Of a DNA stretch of 64,000 nt, positions 1-10,541 are shown in pieces. This stretch comes from Verrucomicrobiota bacterium (GTDB lineage: Bacteria; Verrucomicrobiota; Verrucomicrobiia; Opitutales; Cerasicoccaceae): assembly GCA_039818205.1 (NCBI GenBank), contig JBCBUK010000007.1, forward strand, positions 32,001-96,000, given 5' to 3'. Position 1 is the first letter of the stretch. Each line of letters starts with the position of its first letter. Position numbers and translations under genes: made by a program. The notes beneath the pieces are model-generated. The model did not search any database. It was not told the origin of the DNA and worked only from the letters and a program-made list of their open reading frames with translations.

Positions 1-169
1 TCCCATAGCCGGTCCATCCGATGTCCAAGCCACTTGTACGGAGATTCCAGTCGTTGTGAAATTCCTGGCCATTGCTGAAATCACCATTAACGACAGCGCC
101 TACATGCGCAGGCGACATAAGCAAGGTTAATAAACAAGCGGCGGCAGTAATTGGAAATACTTTAATCAT
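1..169 (-). CDS. 5' part of a secreted protein (continues past the window edge)
   Basis: Manual translation from ATG at 169: MIKVFPITAAACLLTLLMSPAHVGAVVNGDFSNGQEFHNDWNLRTSGLDIGWTGYG. It has a signal peptide and an NGDF motif typical of carbohydrate-binding-like beta-sandwich starts. The frame is open to the edge and is absent from the ORF track. Confidence 0.7.
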   Translation of the reverse strand, partial: MIKVFPITAAACLLTLLMSPAHVGAVVNGDFSNGQEFHNDWNLRTSGLDIGWTGYG

Positions 170-1084
170 TATATATAAATATATATCGTGGGATGAAGAG
201 GCGTACTCTATTGTTTCCCCAAGTCAAAGAAAAAGATTCAGCATAGGTCAATTTCCTACAATAACACCTTTATTTAATTTTTTATATCACATTGTTATCG
301 AACATTCACACAACAAAGAGCATGTCGGCTCGACGTTAAAAATGGAAATTCTAGATTTGGGAAGAGCCTGTCTTCTAAATGTTAGAAACACATCTGCGAT
401 TCCGATACCAGAAACTCCTAGTCAGCAAATGAAATGCCGATCTTTGAAACTCAGATCTCAATCTCAATAAATGTCGCGTCACGGCGATACATACCAAACA
501 GGCTGAACCCCCACTGCGAGCGCATTCTATCCCTGCTGACCACCTAGAAATCCAACACTTTCTTTTCATATCGGCTAATGATTCACCTTTTTGTCACATG
601 AGACAAAGACCAATAAGGATCATCAAAAATGCACAGTTTATTGATACAGAATTATCACATGCAGAATTAGAAATAAGCATCTGTTGCCAAGAGTTGGAGG
701 AGATCTAGCGCCGCACTATTGCAACCAACTGACGGGCCATGGATTGGGCCTGCTGGGCATGGTCACCGTTTCCGCGAAAATCTAGGAATCAGATTGAATT
801 CCTACCTGCGCAGTTCCAAACTTGTATCAGTTAACATATGATTCCAGCTATCAGACACCGGAGCCTCCTATCGAAATCCACGCCTTAGAAGAATCGACAG
901 TTCCAATGCCTGAAAGACAGACTGAGAGCGCAGGGTCCCGAAACCGTCCCATTCTGTAGATACTTGATACGCGACAAGCCTGATCAGGCAATATATCTAT
1001 CGATATAAAAAACCAAAACATACATAGCTATCAATGTGTTACTATTGGGAAGTCTTATACCGATCAGAACCCCGGGATATACCT

Positions 1085-2965
1085 ATGAAACTTATCGCAT
1101 CGTTCGCACTCGCGACCCTCCTCGCTCATGCGTCTCTCATTGGCTCGAGCAAGCCGAACATCCTTTGGATTATCACGGATGACCAACGACCAGACTCGGT
1201 CAGTGTCTATAATCGTGCGGTTTACGGCACCGACGAAAGCCCGCTTGGCTACGTCGAATCGCCCAACATCGACAAGCTCGCAGAAGAGGGCGTATTGTTT
1301 ACTAGCGCCTACTGTAACTCACCCGCTTGTGGTCCGTCGCGTGGTTCCATGCACAGCGGACGCTATCCCTTCCGGAATGGTCACTATGCCTTTGAGACAA
1401 CGCACCAGGCGGCCGACTTTGTCACGCCAACGACCCACCAAACCATGCAAACGCAGGGTTATCAGACGGCGATCATGGGGAAAACTGGGGCATACATCTA
1501 TAACTACCCCGGCTACACCTTTGACGCAGAAGGAATCTACGGCTTGCGCCTCCACTTCAAACATGACCTCCAAAAGAATGGCATCGGCGACCTCTATACT
1601 AGTGTTCAATGGGGTGCTGATTCGAAAGGAGTCCACCGCAACCTTGGCATAACCGAAAACGTCCTTTACCAAGATGGCACCAAGCGCACTTACTTCTTGA
1701 AGCGCAAGGGCGATCCACTGACCAATGCAGACCGAGCTGGGAAGGAACAAAGCAACCAGGAGTTCGAACTCCTCCGTTCCTACACGCGGGGAAACCCGGA
1801 CCTGATTCTAGGTGGAGTTAACCCAAAGCCCGCGGGTGAGACGGTTGATGCTGGCATTGTGCGGGAGTTCAAGAACTACCTGAGCCATGCCAACAAGCGC
1901 TACGAGACTTCATGGGGCAAAGCCATGACGGGGCCCAACACCAATAAGCCACTCTACATCAACCTCGGCTTTCACCTGCCGCACACTCCCGTATTGCCAC
2001 CCAAATCTTATCGCGACCGCTTCGCGCAAAAGGCCTACAAAGTGCCTGAGTTCGATGCGGCAGAGCTCGCGAAGCTTCCGCCACAACTGGCCCATCTTTA
2101 CGAAACGATGAAGATCCTCGGCACGAGCCCGGAAGACGAGTCCGCTGGCCGTGCGTACAACGCAGAAGAAGTTCAGACTGCCATCCAAGACTACTACGCG
2201 TTCTGTGCCTACGGCGATGAGCTGATTGGTGAGGCAGTTGACGCCTTCAAAACGTATTGCAAAGAGAATGACCAGGACTACTTGATCATCTATACGATTG
2301 GCGACCACGGCTGGCACCTGGGGGAACAAGGAATTGAGGCCAAGTTTGGCCCGTGGCGCGAATCCGTGAAAAACGCAGCTTTGGTTGTCTCCTCGGATAA
2401 ATCAAAGTTCCCACCCGGCACCGTTTATGACGGCTTAGTTGAGTTCGTGGATTTTGCGCCAACCATCCTGGCCGCTGGCGGCACCAATATAGAACACGAA
2501 CGCTTCGATTACCTTGATGGCTTTGACCTCGAGCAGGTCTTCCACGGCGGCGCGGTTGACCGTGATTACATTGTCGGAGAAATGAATCTCGTAATTGGAC
2601 CACGTGCCTACCTGCGGAGCAAGGACTTCGCATTCTCAATGCGCACCCGCCCGAACAATGCATTTCCAACCAAAGACAACCTCAACAAAGACATTAAGTG
2701 GGCATTGGAGTGTCCTCCGGAAAAGGCCGAGATGGCGCTCTACGACCTACGCAATGATCCCCTGGAGCGAAACAACGTTGCTGCGACCGCGGAATACGCT
2801 GAGCTCGCGGAATGGTTTCGGCAAAAGTTGGGTAATATCGTACTTGGAGACGGCCGGGTCGAATGTGACTGGATGGAGCGCAATGCCTACAGCGTCAGCA
2901 ATTTCGCCGAAGGCGCCCATGACCACAAGCTCGTCATCCCGGGCGAAATCATTCCTCAAATTTGA
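1085..2965 (+). CDS. Secreted formylglycine-dependent (S1) sulfatase
   Basis: KPNILWIITDDQR, CGPSRGSMHSGRY (CxPxR), DHGWHLGE and LYDLRNDPLERNN motifs. Signal peptide starts at ATG 1085. Confidence 0.93.
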   Translation: MKLIASFALATLLAHASLIGSSKPNILWIITDDQRPDSVSVYNRAVYGTDESPLGYVESPNIDKLAEEGVLFTSAYCNSPACGPSRGSMHSGRYPFRNGHYAFETTHQAADFVTPTTHQTMQTQGYQTAIMGKTGAYIYNYPGYTFDAEGIYGLRLHFKHDLQKNGIGDLYTSVQWGADSKGVHRNLGITENVLYQDGTKRTYFLKRKGDPLTNADRAGKEQSNQEFELLRSYTRGNPDLILGGVNPKPAGETVDAGIVREFKNYLSHANKRYETSWGKAMTGPNTNKPLYINLGFHLPHTPVLPPKSYRDRFAQKAYKVPEFDAAELAKLPPQLAHLYETMKILGTSPEDESAGRAYNAEEVQTAIQDYYAFCAYGDELIGEAVDAFKTYCKENDQDYLIIYTIGDHGWHLGEQGIEAKFGPWRESVKNAALVVSSDKSKFPPGTVYDGLVEFVDFAPTILAAGGTNIEHERFDYLDGFDLEQVFHGGAVDRDYIVGEMNLVIGPRAYLRSKDFAFSMRTRPNNAFPTKDNLNKDIKWALECPPEKAEMALYDLRNDPLERNNVAATAEYAELAEWFRQKLGNIVLGDGRVECDWMERNAYSVSNFAEGAHDHKLVIPGEIIPQI

Positions 2966-3028
2966 TTGAGTGGCCATCGCCTTAGCGGGCTTGGCCACAC
3001 CCTTCTGTTGCACGTTTCACACGTCAGG

Positions 3029-3062
3029 TCTGGTTCGGAAATTGTCCGAGCCGGATTTTTCT
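3029..3062 (+). terminator. Intrinsic terminator after the sulfatase
   Basis: Stem TCTGGTTCGGA/TCCGAGCCGGA (with G-U pairs) followed by TTTTTCT. Confidence 0.6.
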
Positions 3063-3187
3063 ATTTCGACATTCCCAATGCGGCAGTCGTCAAACAATTG
3101 AATAACGTTGCGCCGAAAGGTTGGCGAGTTAAACAGCTTGGGGAAACTGGATCCGCTTTAAGCTGCTACTCCACCTCCAAACTCGAC

Positions 3188-4282
3188 ATGCAACCACCCT
3201 CCCTTGCGAGCCATCCCCCCGGCCCGCTGCCGTCGATGACAGGCCTACGTTTCTTCGCGGCCGTGGTCGTTTTTTTTGAGCATGTCCGCATGCTCCCGGG
3301 GTTGGAATCGTTTGAGATGATCGGCGGTTATGGAGGCATGGGCGTCTCAGTTTTTTTTGTTCTGAGTGGATTCATCATCGCCCACAACTACCTGGGTACC
3401 GAGAAACAACCCAGCAGTTGGAGGGGAACGGGCAATTTCTACCTGAGCCGATTTTCGAAGATCTATCCGCTCCATCTATTGTTTTTATTGATCGCCCTTC
3501 CCCTCGCCTTTCAGAGCAGTACATCCCCCCTCAACCCAAGCTACTTGCCGCAGTTCATCACGTTGGCGGACCGAATTTCACCATGGGGATTTCTCGCCAT
3601 GGGTGACCCACCGAACAAGTTAGCTTGGACGCTAAGCTGCGAGATTTTTTTCTACCTATTGACCCCTTTGCTGTTCGCAGTGATCGCCAAGCTCGGTAAA
3701 CGCCAATTCGCGATACTCTCTGCATTCATCCTGGCCTTCGGCTTGCTCCAAGTCTTCATCTACCACACGGATTTTTTAAAAATTTCACCAAGCGCACTCT
3801 ACGCGACGGGGCCGTTTCGTCTGCTGGATTATCTAGTAGGCATCGCGCTGCTCATTGTGTTGAGAGGCAAGAAGTCACCAGGAAACGCGGCGTTCTTATC
3901 CGGCATAGTTTATTTGGTCATGGTCCGACTGTTCGAACAACACCTCGAATCCTATTTGCCAAGGCACCTCACCTATCTACCAGGGGCTGCCCTTCTCATA
4001 TTCGGCTGCCCCAACACCACCGGCTGGCTCCGCAAGCTCCTAACCAATCGCATATCGATCCTACTCGGCAACGCCAGTTTCGCGCTATACATTTCACACG
4101 AAATTATCTTGCGATACGCGCGTTACGGATTCAGCCAGCTCGACATCCGCTTTGATCCGATCACGGGAGTCATCGTGATCTTAATTGCGTTCGCCGGACT
4201 CCAATTCCTTTCGATCGGGCTATTCCGCTATTACGAACTACCGGTTCAAAAATGGCTGCGATCCAAACTCAGATTACGTTAG
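3188..4282 (+). CDS. Acyltransferase family 3 (OafA/YrhL-like) membrane O-acyltransferase
   Basis: GLRFFAA, GVSVFFVLSGFII, FYLSRFSKIYP, WTLSCEIFFY and LGNASFALYISH motifs, with many TM segments. Start taken at ATG 3188. Confidence 0.9.
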   Translation: MQPPSLASHPPGPLPSMTGLRFFAAVVVFFEHVRMLPGLESFEMIGGYGGMGVSVFFVLSGFIIAHNYLGTEKQPSSWRGTGNFYLSRFSKIYPLHLLFLLIALPLAFQSSTSPLNPSYLPQFITLADRISPWGFLAMGDPPNKLAWTLSCEIFFYLLTPLLFAVIAKLGKRQFAILSAFILAFGLLQVFIYHTDFLKISPSALYATGPFRLLDYLVGIALLIVLRGKKSPGNAAFLSGIVYLVMVRLFEQHLESYLPRHLTYLPGAALLIFGCPNTTGWLRKLLTNRISILLGNASFALYISHEIILRYARYGFSQLDIRFDPITGVIVILIAFAGLQFLSIGLFRYYELPVQKWLRSKLRLR

Positions 4283-4310
4283 AATGGCTAACGATAATTT
4301 TCAATCCTAG

Positions 4311-4344
4311 AGAGGCGCAGCGGAATTACCACTGCGCCTCTTTT
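4311..4344. terminator. Terminator hairpin between convergent genes
   Basis: AGAGGCGCAG...CTGCGCCTCT stem followed by a T run. Confidence 0.65.
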
Positions 4345-4386
4345 AGGGGGTAGAATGAGGGCAATGAACCCTACTGACTAAAATCT

Positions 4387-5136
4387 CTAAGACTCTTTGA
4401 GCAACATATCGGTATCCGACCACAGCTCCCGAAAGGCCTTCGACGCTGCTGAACGTTGATCAAACGCCAACAACGGTTCGCGGTGCAAACCCATCTTCTC
4501 AACGGACGCAGCCATGGGGATTTCGGGCAGAAGAAAACGCCGATCTTTGGACCGGACCTGCTCAATGGTATCCTGGTGCATTTTCTTGCGGCGCTCGACC
4601 ATGGAGAAGAAGGCGCGGAGTTTCTGGGTCTTGAGCCCCTCGTCCTTAAAGAAATCAATAATCTGCCCATAGGTGAGCATCGACAACGTGGTCGGAATAA
4701 CCGGAACGAGGATAACGTCTGCCGCCCGAAAAATGTTCTCACTGAGCAAGGTTACATTCGGTGGTGAATCGATGACAACGAGGTCATAATCACCCACAAG
4801 GCTCTTGAGTGAATCCCGCAAACGTTTCTTCGAACGCTTCGAATGATCGAGCTCAATATCCAAGTTGCGATAAGCCATTGCAGACGGGAGCAGGTCGAGA
4901 TTCTCATAGTCCGACTCCCGGATCTCTCGGTCCAATTTCTTCCCCCCTTGCAACAATCGTTTCGGGCCGTGTTTCTTGTCGGGTCGAACACGAAAATAGT
5001 AGGAAGACGACCCTTGTGGGTCGAGGTCGCAGAGCAGCGTCCGGTTTCCGGCTTCAGCAGCCAAGTAGGCTAAATTGACCGAGGCGGCGGTCTTTCCGAC
5101 TCCTCCCTTAATGTTGTAGACTGCCAATATTTTCAT
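4387..5136 (-). CDS. ParA/Soj-family ATPase (no adjacent parB)
   Basis: Deviant Walker A KGGVGKT, plus DLDPQG and YDLVVIDSPP. Start overlaps the stop of the CHAD gene. Confidence 0.9.
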   Translation of the reverse strand: MKILAVYNIKGGVGKTAASVNLAYLAAEAGNRTLLCDLDPQGSSSYYFRVRPDKKHGPKRLLQGGKKLDREIRESDYENLDLLPSAMAYRNLDIELDHSKRSKKRLRDSLKSLVGDYDLVVIDSPPNVTLLSENIFRAADVILVPVIPTTLSMLTYGQIIDFFKDEGLKTQKLRAFFSMVERRKKMHQDTIEQVRSKDRRFLLPEIPMAASVEKMGLHREPLLAFDQRSAASKAFRELWSDTDMLLKES

Positions 5137-6788
5137 GTTGCTGATTTCCGCTGCACTTTCCTCCGGGTTGCTGATTTTTTGCGGACGGCCTCCGTAGCTT
5201 TTCCATTCGCTTCGCTAACGGGCGATCCTTTTCCAGTCGCCCGAAACAGATGATTCGCTACCGATACTACACGTTCGTCGTCGAGGGACTTGAAGGCATC
5301 TCCAAACTTTATACGCTCGGCTTGGCGCTTACGCTCGAGTTCGGCCACCAAAGCTCCCAACGCCGCACATAGCTGAACAGCCTCAGGCCTTTTTAGGTCG
5401 ATGCTTGCCAAGTAGCTCGTGATTTTTTCCGTCTGCACACACGCATCGTTAAACGAGCCCAATACGTTCTGAATTTTCCGCGAGCGCTTGATCAAAAAAC
5501 CAAACTCATCGGCATCGTAAAGCGATCGAAAGAACTCCAACAGGTAACGGAATTTTTTAAACTGGATACGCAGATCGTGCACCGCCTCATCCGGCGTTTC
5601 CGGCGTGATCTTGCGACCGTCTTTGAGGATGCGCCGAAAGCGCTTTGAAAGTAATCGATTCGCCAAATCGCGGACGGGCACTTCGGCGTCCAGACAATCC
5701 GCTGACGCACTGTCAGCACCCTGCTCCAAGAATGTCTGCCAGGCTTTGAGCTCACGTGTCACTTTGGGCCCCTGGAACTCTCGGGAGAACTTGCGAAAGA
5801 CAGTACGACGTTCCGATCCAAGATCGCCAAAAAACGATTCCAATCCAATCCCCAGACCATCCGGTAACAGTTCTGCGAAATCACCCTGCTCGAGCAAATA
5901 GACATCCAAGTCTCGCAGATTGTTGGTCCGTCGCATGACATCGCCCAACTCCTTTTTGAAGAACATAACCTTATCCTCCGGATAGACGCCTTTGACCAGC
6001 TGTAGAAGCGAACGCGTCCGTCGCAGAGCAACCCGAAAATCATGCAAGAACTCCGAATCAATATCTGCAAGCATTCCCTCTGAATTGGCCTGCATCTGCT
6101 TGAGTGAGGCTTGCAAAATGTAGGTGCACGCTTCCCGCGCACTCATTGAGGGAGAGAGCTTCAACGCGATCTTTGACGTATAGTCCAAGGGCACCACCCC
6201 AGACGCCTCCAGCGCGGAAAAGACATAGTGACGCGTATCCTTGTGAATCTCCAATCCCCGCTGCCGGATCTTCTCCGATAATTCCCAAGCATCACCCTCG
6301 TATCCTTTGAGTTGGACCACACGAATAAGCCGCTGAAACGGCATCGCTTTTTGCCCTGGTACCGGGCGCGACAAGGTTTCAAGCTCTAAGCGAACGGTCG
6401 TCTTCCCGTCTTTGTTCTCGACCCGAAAAAACTCCACTTCGCGAACAAACTCGGCCCGCGGCATTGCAGCTCGAATTGAAAGCAGGCCTTCAACTTTGTC
6501 ACGCAAAGCTCCTTCAGAGAAGTCAGCGGGAAAAAGCGCCTTTTTGTTCCCAGTCAATTCTCCTTGCGCAATCAGCTCATCGCCTTCTCGGCGATGCAGC
6601 TCATAGGATTTACGATCTCGCAATAAAACGAGATTGGCCGAAAGTAAGCGCCAGTCAAAGGTGTCAAGAATCGTCCACCGGCGTCGCTGTTTTTCTCCTG
6701 CAACCACTGACATTTCCGCCTTCAGTTCCCGCATGAGTTTTCGTCCGGCATCGGACATGGGCAGGATAAAGTTTGAAGCAGTTCTCAC
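5133..6788 (-). CDS. CHAD domain protein (polyphosphate-binding) with degenerate CYTH-like N-terminus
   Basis: LHDFRVALRRTRS, LRDLDV, VHDLRIQFKKFRYLLE and QNVLGSFND CHAD motifs. N-terminal DTFDWRL. Confidence 0.9.
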   Translation of the reverse strand: MRTASNFILPMSDAGRKLMRELKAEMSVVAGEKQRRRWTILDTFDWRLLSANLVLLRDRKSYELHRREGDELIAQGELTGNKKALFPADFSEGALRDKVEGLLSIRAAMPRAEFVREVEFFRVENKDGKTTVRLELETLSRPVPGQKAMPFQRLIRVVQLKGYEGDAWELSEKIRQRGLEIHKDTRHYVFSALEASGVVPLDYTSKIALKLSPSMSAREACTYILQASLKQMQANSEGMLADIDSEFLHDFRVALRRTRSLLQLVKGVYPEDKVMFFKKELGDVMRRTNNLRDLDVYLLEQGDFAELLPDGLGIGLESFFGDLGSERRTVFRKFSREFQGPKVTRELKAWQTFLEQGADSASADCLDAEVPVRDLANRLLSKRFRRILKDGRKITPETPDEAVHDLRIQFKKFRYLLEFFRSLYDADEFGFLIKRSRKIQNVLGSFNDACVQTEKITSYLASIDLKRPEAVQLCAALGALVAELERKRQAERIKFGDAFKSLDDERVVSVANHLFRATGKGSPVSEANGKATEAVRKKSATRRKVQRKSAT

Positions 6789-7270
6789 GTTGCAGCCTTT
6801 TCTTCAATGGTCCATTGTGAAAATGGTCGTTCGGCCAGGGCAGCATTCGCATACTTTGGATCGTCCGTTACCTCGCGTTGAACCCAAGCGGGCAACTCAA
6901 CGGATTCTTCCTCATGGTCCAACTCAACTTCGGCCACAACAAGCCCTCGGTTCTCCCCGTCAAAGACATCAACCTCCCAGCAATGTTTGCCATGCTTGAT
7001 TTCATGCCGGGTTTTCTCGATAATTGGCTTCCGGCAAAGCTGGCGGAGCATCTCCTGACCCTGTTCTAGTGGGATGGGATATTCGAACTCCAGCCGACTC
7101 ATACCATTCGATGGGCCTTTGATCGTGAGAAAACATTGATCCCCACTAACGCGCACCCGAACGGTCGCACGGTTCATGTCAACGTATCCCTGTTCCAAGC
7201 GAGTACTGACCGGAGCCGCAGGCAGCTGACTCGGATGGGCAATGAACTTTCTTTCTATTTCAAGCGGCAT
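6785..7270 (-). CDS. CYTH/triphosphate tunnel metalloenzyme
   Basis: EIERKF, QGY, RVR, LTIKG, EFEYPIP, IEKTR, WEVD and AEVEL motifs. Start at MPLEIERKF. Confidence 0.92.
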   Translation of the reverse strand: MPLEIERKFIAHPSQLPAAPVSTRLEQGYVDMNRATVRVRVSGDQCFLTIKGPSNGMSRLEFEYPIPLEQGQEMLRQLCRKPIIEKTRHEIKHGKHCWEVDVFDGENRGLVVAEVELDHEEESVELPAWVQREVTDDPKYANAALAERPFSQWTIEEKAAT

Positions 7271-7407
7271 CTCAGATTTAAATTGTAACAATAGCGAAAC
7301 GCAAACGTTTCACATCCGTAAAGAAATCATCATCCGTGCAAAAAATTCCAAGCAATTAAATGTTACAATTTTTTGGTCCGCTCATCAGAGCCTCTAAGCC
7401 ACCAATT

Positions 7408-10350
7408 TTAGCTGGGGATCCAAGCCTCACGTAGAATTTCGATTGGGTGCTTTGCGACTACCGCGCCACCGTCAAGGATCTGATGGCGGCATGAGGTGCC
7501 AGCAGCCGCGATAATATCATCATGACCGGCCGCGCGAACGGCGGGCAGCAATACCAACTCAGCGACTTTCATTGATAGTTGATAGTGTTCGTGCTCGTAG
7601 CCAAAGGAACCTGCCATCCCACAACACCCGCTGGGAATCAGCACGACCTCGTAGTTCTTTGGAAGTGAGAGCGTCTCTATCGAGGGAGTCGCACGAGCAA
7701 GTGCTTTTTGAAAGCAGTGGCCGTGAAAACGGATCGTAGCCGATCGGTGAGTGAAGGATTCTTCCGAAATATTCCCCCTTTCCGCCTCGGCGGCAAAGAA
7801 CTCTTCAAAGAGTAAACATTGAGGTGCCAATGATTCCGCAATCGCCCGTCGATCACCACGAGCAAGTTCGATCGCGTCATCGCGATAGGTCAAGACCGCC
7901 GACGGCTCAATACCGACCAAAGGCTTTTCTTCGGAAACCTTTCCAGCCAATGCGTCTAGGTTGGACTCAATAATCTCTTGAGCTCGACGCACGAAACCCT
8001 TCGACAGCCAGGTGCGCCCGCTCTCGCTGATGGGTGCCAGCTCGACGCGATAGCCTAGGCGCTCCAGGAGCTCCACGGCCTGGATTCCAATCGAAACATC
8101 CAGGTAATTGGTGAACTCGTCGTTGAATAGCCACACCTCGCCGACACTTCCGGCATTCTCGTGCGCCCGATGCCATTTGAACCAGGAACGCAATGTCTGC
8201 CCGGGCAGGCGCGGGATTGACCGATCCGGGTGAAATCCCATCAAAAAATTAAATCCCTGCCGCAAAGGTTCATTCCCGACAATCCAATTCCAGAACCAGG
8301 GCGCGACATGCGCGATGCGTTGCCCCCCCACAAAATTTGCTATTCGTTTCGCACGGGCCGGCGCTTCATGGATATCATAGTAGTGCTGGGTAAACTCCGC
8401 CTTCAGCTTCGCCATATCAACATTTGATGGGCACTCCGTTTTGCAGGCCTTACACGATAAGCAAAGATCGAGAACTTCCTGAACCTCATCATCACCAAAA
8501 GCCTTGAGGGCATTGCCATCTGACTCAGTGAGCACCTGCCGCATCAAATTTGCTCGAGCACGAGTTGTCTCCTTTTCTCGACGAGAAACCATATAACTGG
8601 GGCACATCGTTCCCCCGGCCAAATGACTTTTTCGGCAATCGCCTGATCCGTTACACCGTTCAGCAGCTCGCAGCAGTCCGTGGCTATCCGAATAATCGAA
8701 GAGCGTTTCGTATTCCGGCGTTTCATGTTCGGGCGAATACCTGAGCTGGGTATCCATTGGTGGTGAGTCAACGATCTTTCCTGGGTTGAATCGGTTGTCA
8801 GGATCAAAAGCCTGTTTGACGCGTCGCATCATTTCGTAGCACTCCTCGCCCACCATCAACGGGATGAACTCCCCGCGCAAGCGACCGTCCCCGTGCTCGC
8901 CGCTCAGCGATCCTTGGTACTTCCTAACGAGTGCGGCAATGTCCTCCGCAACACTCCGGAACTTCTTCACACCATCCTCTGTTTTTAGGTTGAACAGGGG
9001 TCGCGTATGGAGCTCTCCCGAACCCGCGTGCGCATAGTATACACAATCGATCTCGTGCTTCTCGCGCATAATGCGATCAAATTCCTCGATGTAGGCGGGC
9101 AGATCGGCAACGTCGACAGCGGTGTCTTCGACCACTTCTCGCGGTTTTGCGTCGCCCGGAACATTATTCATCAGGCCCTGCCCTGCCCGCCTAAGCTCCC
9201 ACACTTTTGACTGCTCAACCCCTCGGAGAACCGGAAAATGATACCCAAGGTCCGCCGCTTTTAAATCGGCTATCAGGCCCTCAACGTCAGTAGTCAGCGT
9301 CTCCTCTGAGTCTCGCCGAATCTCGACAACGATGATCGCGCCAGGATCCCCTTGGACAAAGAAACGATTCTGGATGTGTTCCCGATTTCGCTTCGTCGCT
9401 TCAAGAATGTGCCGGTCAATAAGTTCGACCGCTGAGGGCTGGTAGCCGAGGGAAATACCCACTGATTGGAGGGACTGACCAACGGACTCAAAATGCACAC
9501 AGAGCAGCGCGCTATGGGCGGGGGGCAAAGGCTCACAAGAAAGTTCATATTCCACGCCGAAGAACAGCGTGCCTTCAGAGCCCGCGATCAGGCGGCACAT
9601 ATTGAACGGCTCTTCAGCATCCGGGACGAACACGTCCGCATCCATCAACCTATCCAGAGCGTAGCCCGTGTTGCGACGTGGGATACTCGCCTTGGGGTAG
9701 TGATCACTGATCAATTGTCGATTGTGCGAATCCGCAAGAAGCGCCCGACAGGTGCGATAAATCTCGGACTCGAGATCATTGCCCGAGCACTTTTTCTCAA
9801 AATCCTCAGCAGTGATTGGCCCAAACTCGACCTCGGACCCATCGCTCAGAAAACCACGGCAGCGCATCAAGTGATCACGAACGCTACCGTAAACCACAGA
9901 ATTTGACCCACAAGAGTTGTTGCCAACCATGCCGCCGATCATCGCCCGATTCGCGGTCGAAGTCTCGGGACCGAACAACATGCCGTAAGGCTCGAGCAAC
10001 CGATTCAGTTCATTGCGGACGACGCCTGGCTGCACCCTCACGCGCCTCAATTGGTCGTCCACGCCCAGGACCTTTGACATCGCGCTGAAATCGACCACCA
10101 AACCGTTTCCAACAACCTGGCCAGCTAACGACGTTCCGGCTCCACGCGGGATCAGTGGGCACCGCTGGGCCATTGAGAATTGAATGATCGTCTGGACATC
10201 CTCGTCGCAGTGTGGAAACACCACGGCCTGTGGCATCTCCTGGTATTCAGAAGCGTCGGTAGCGTAGATCCGACGAATCAGACTGGTGGCATCAACCTGC
10301 CCGTGTAGGTGGTTGTCGAGTTCAGCGAAAACAGACTGAGGTAGCAACAT
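7408..10350 (-). CDS. FAD-binding/Fe-S oxidoreductase (D-2-hydroxyacid dehydrogenase, GlcD-GlcF/YdiJ-like fusion)
   Basis: YATDAS, PRGAGTSLAGQ, GSEGTL and GEHGDG motifs. CxxCxxCxxxCP cluster and C-terminal CCG motifs. Confidence 0.9.
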   Translation of the reverse strand: MLLPQSVFAELDNHLHGQVDATSLIRRIYATDASEYQEMPQAVVFPHCDEDVQTIIQFSMAQRCPLIPRGAGTSLAGQVVGNGLVVDFSAMSKVLGVDDQLRRVRVQPGVVRNELNRLLEPYGMLFGPETSTANRAMIGGMVGNNSCGSNSVVYGSVRDHLMRCRGFLSDGSEVEFGPITAEDFEKKCSGNDLESEIYRTCRALLADSHNRQLISDHYPKASIPRRNTGYALDRLMDADVFVPDAEEPFNMCRLIAGSEGTLFFGVEYELSCEPLPPAHSALLCVHFESVGQSLQSVGISLGYQPSAVELIDRHILEATKRNREHIQNRFFVQGDPGAIIVVEIRRDSEETLTTDVEGLIADLKAADLGYHFPVLRGVEQSKVWELRRAGQGLMNNVPGDAKPREVVEDTAVDVADLPAYIEEFDRIMREKHEIDCVYYAHAGSGELHTRPLFNLKTEDGVKKFRSVAEDIAALVRKYQGSLSGEHGDGRLRGEFIPLMVGEECYEMMRRVKQAFDPDNRFNPGKIVDSPPMDTQLRYSPEHETPEYETLFDYSDSHGLLRAAERCNGSGDCRKSHLAGGTMCPSYMVSRREKETTRARANLMRQVLTESDGNALKAFGDDEVQEVLDLCLSCKACKTECPSNVDMAKLKAEFTQHYYDIHEAPARAKRIANFVGGQRIAHVAPWFWNWIVGNEPLRQGFNFLMGFHPDRSIPRLPGQTLRSWFKWHRAHENAGSVGEVWLFNDEFTNYLDVSIGIQAVELLERLGYRVELAPISESGRTWLSKGFVRRAQEIIESNLDALAGKVSEEKPLVGIEPSAVLTYRDDAIELARGDRRAIAESLAPQCLLFEEFFAAEAERGNISEESFTHRSATIRFHGHCFQKALARATPSIETLSLPKNYEVVLIPSGCCGMAGSFGYEHEHYQLSMKVAELVLLPAVRAAGHDDIIAAAGTSCRHQILDGGAVVAKHPIEILREAWIPS

Positions 10351-10541
10351 CTCGAAAGATTAAAATCAACCCAGGTCGTCCCTGGCAAGCGGCCTTTCCA
10401 AAGGCACTCGGTAAGACTCTGTAGACTATCTTCGAATTTTGACCCTATTCCCCCAGGGAAATTAGATCAGGCGGGACTATTCACCTATAACCACGACTCA
10501 TACTGTCGATTAGTAATATAGAACAAGAAACCTCGATTCCG

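Noticed and set aside
443..468. TTGAAACTCAGATCTCAATCTCAA, similar to the heme-locus operator
   Set aside because: The spacing does not fit N5 and no iron-related gene is evident nearby.
72..569. ORF-track ORFs 72..470 (+) and 375..569 (-)
   Set aside because: They have no recognisable motifs. The first overlaps the more credible minus-strand signal-peptide ORF and AT-rich promoter DNA.
2966..3187. Long N-terminal extension of the acyltransferase ORF
   Set aside because: It spans a terminator hairpin, and family similarity starts only after ATG 3188.
4387..5136. ParA as evidence of a plasmid or chromosome partition locus
   Set aside because: No parB, parS or rep gene is present, and it is embedded in the CHAD/CYTH operon.
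6785..7270. Calling the CYTH protein an adenylate cyclase
   Set aside because: Most CYTH proteins are triphosphatases, and the CHAD context favours polyphosphate metabolism.
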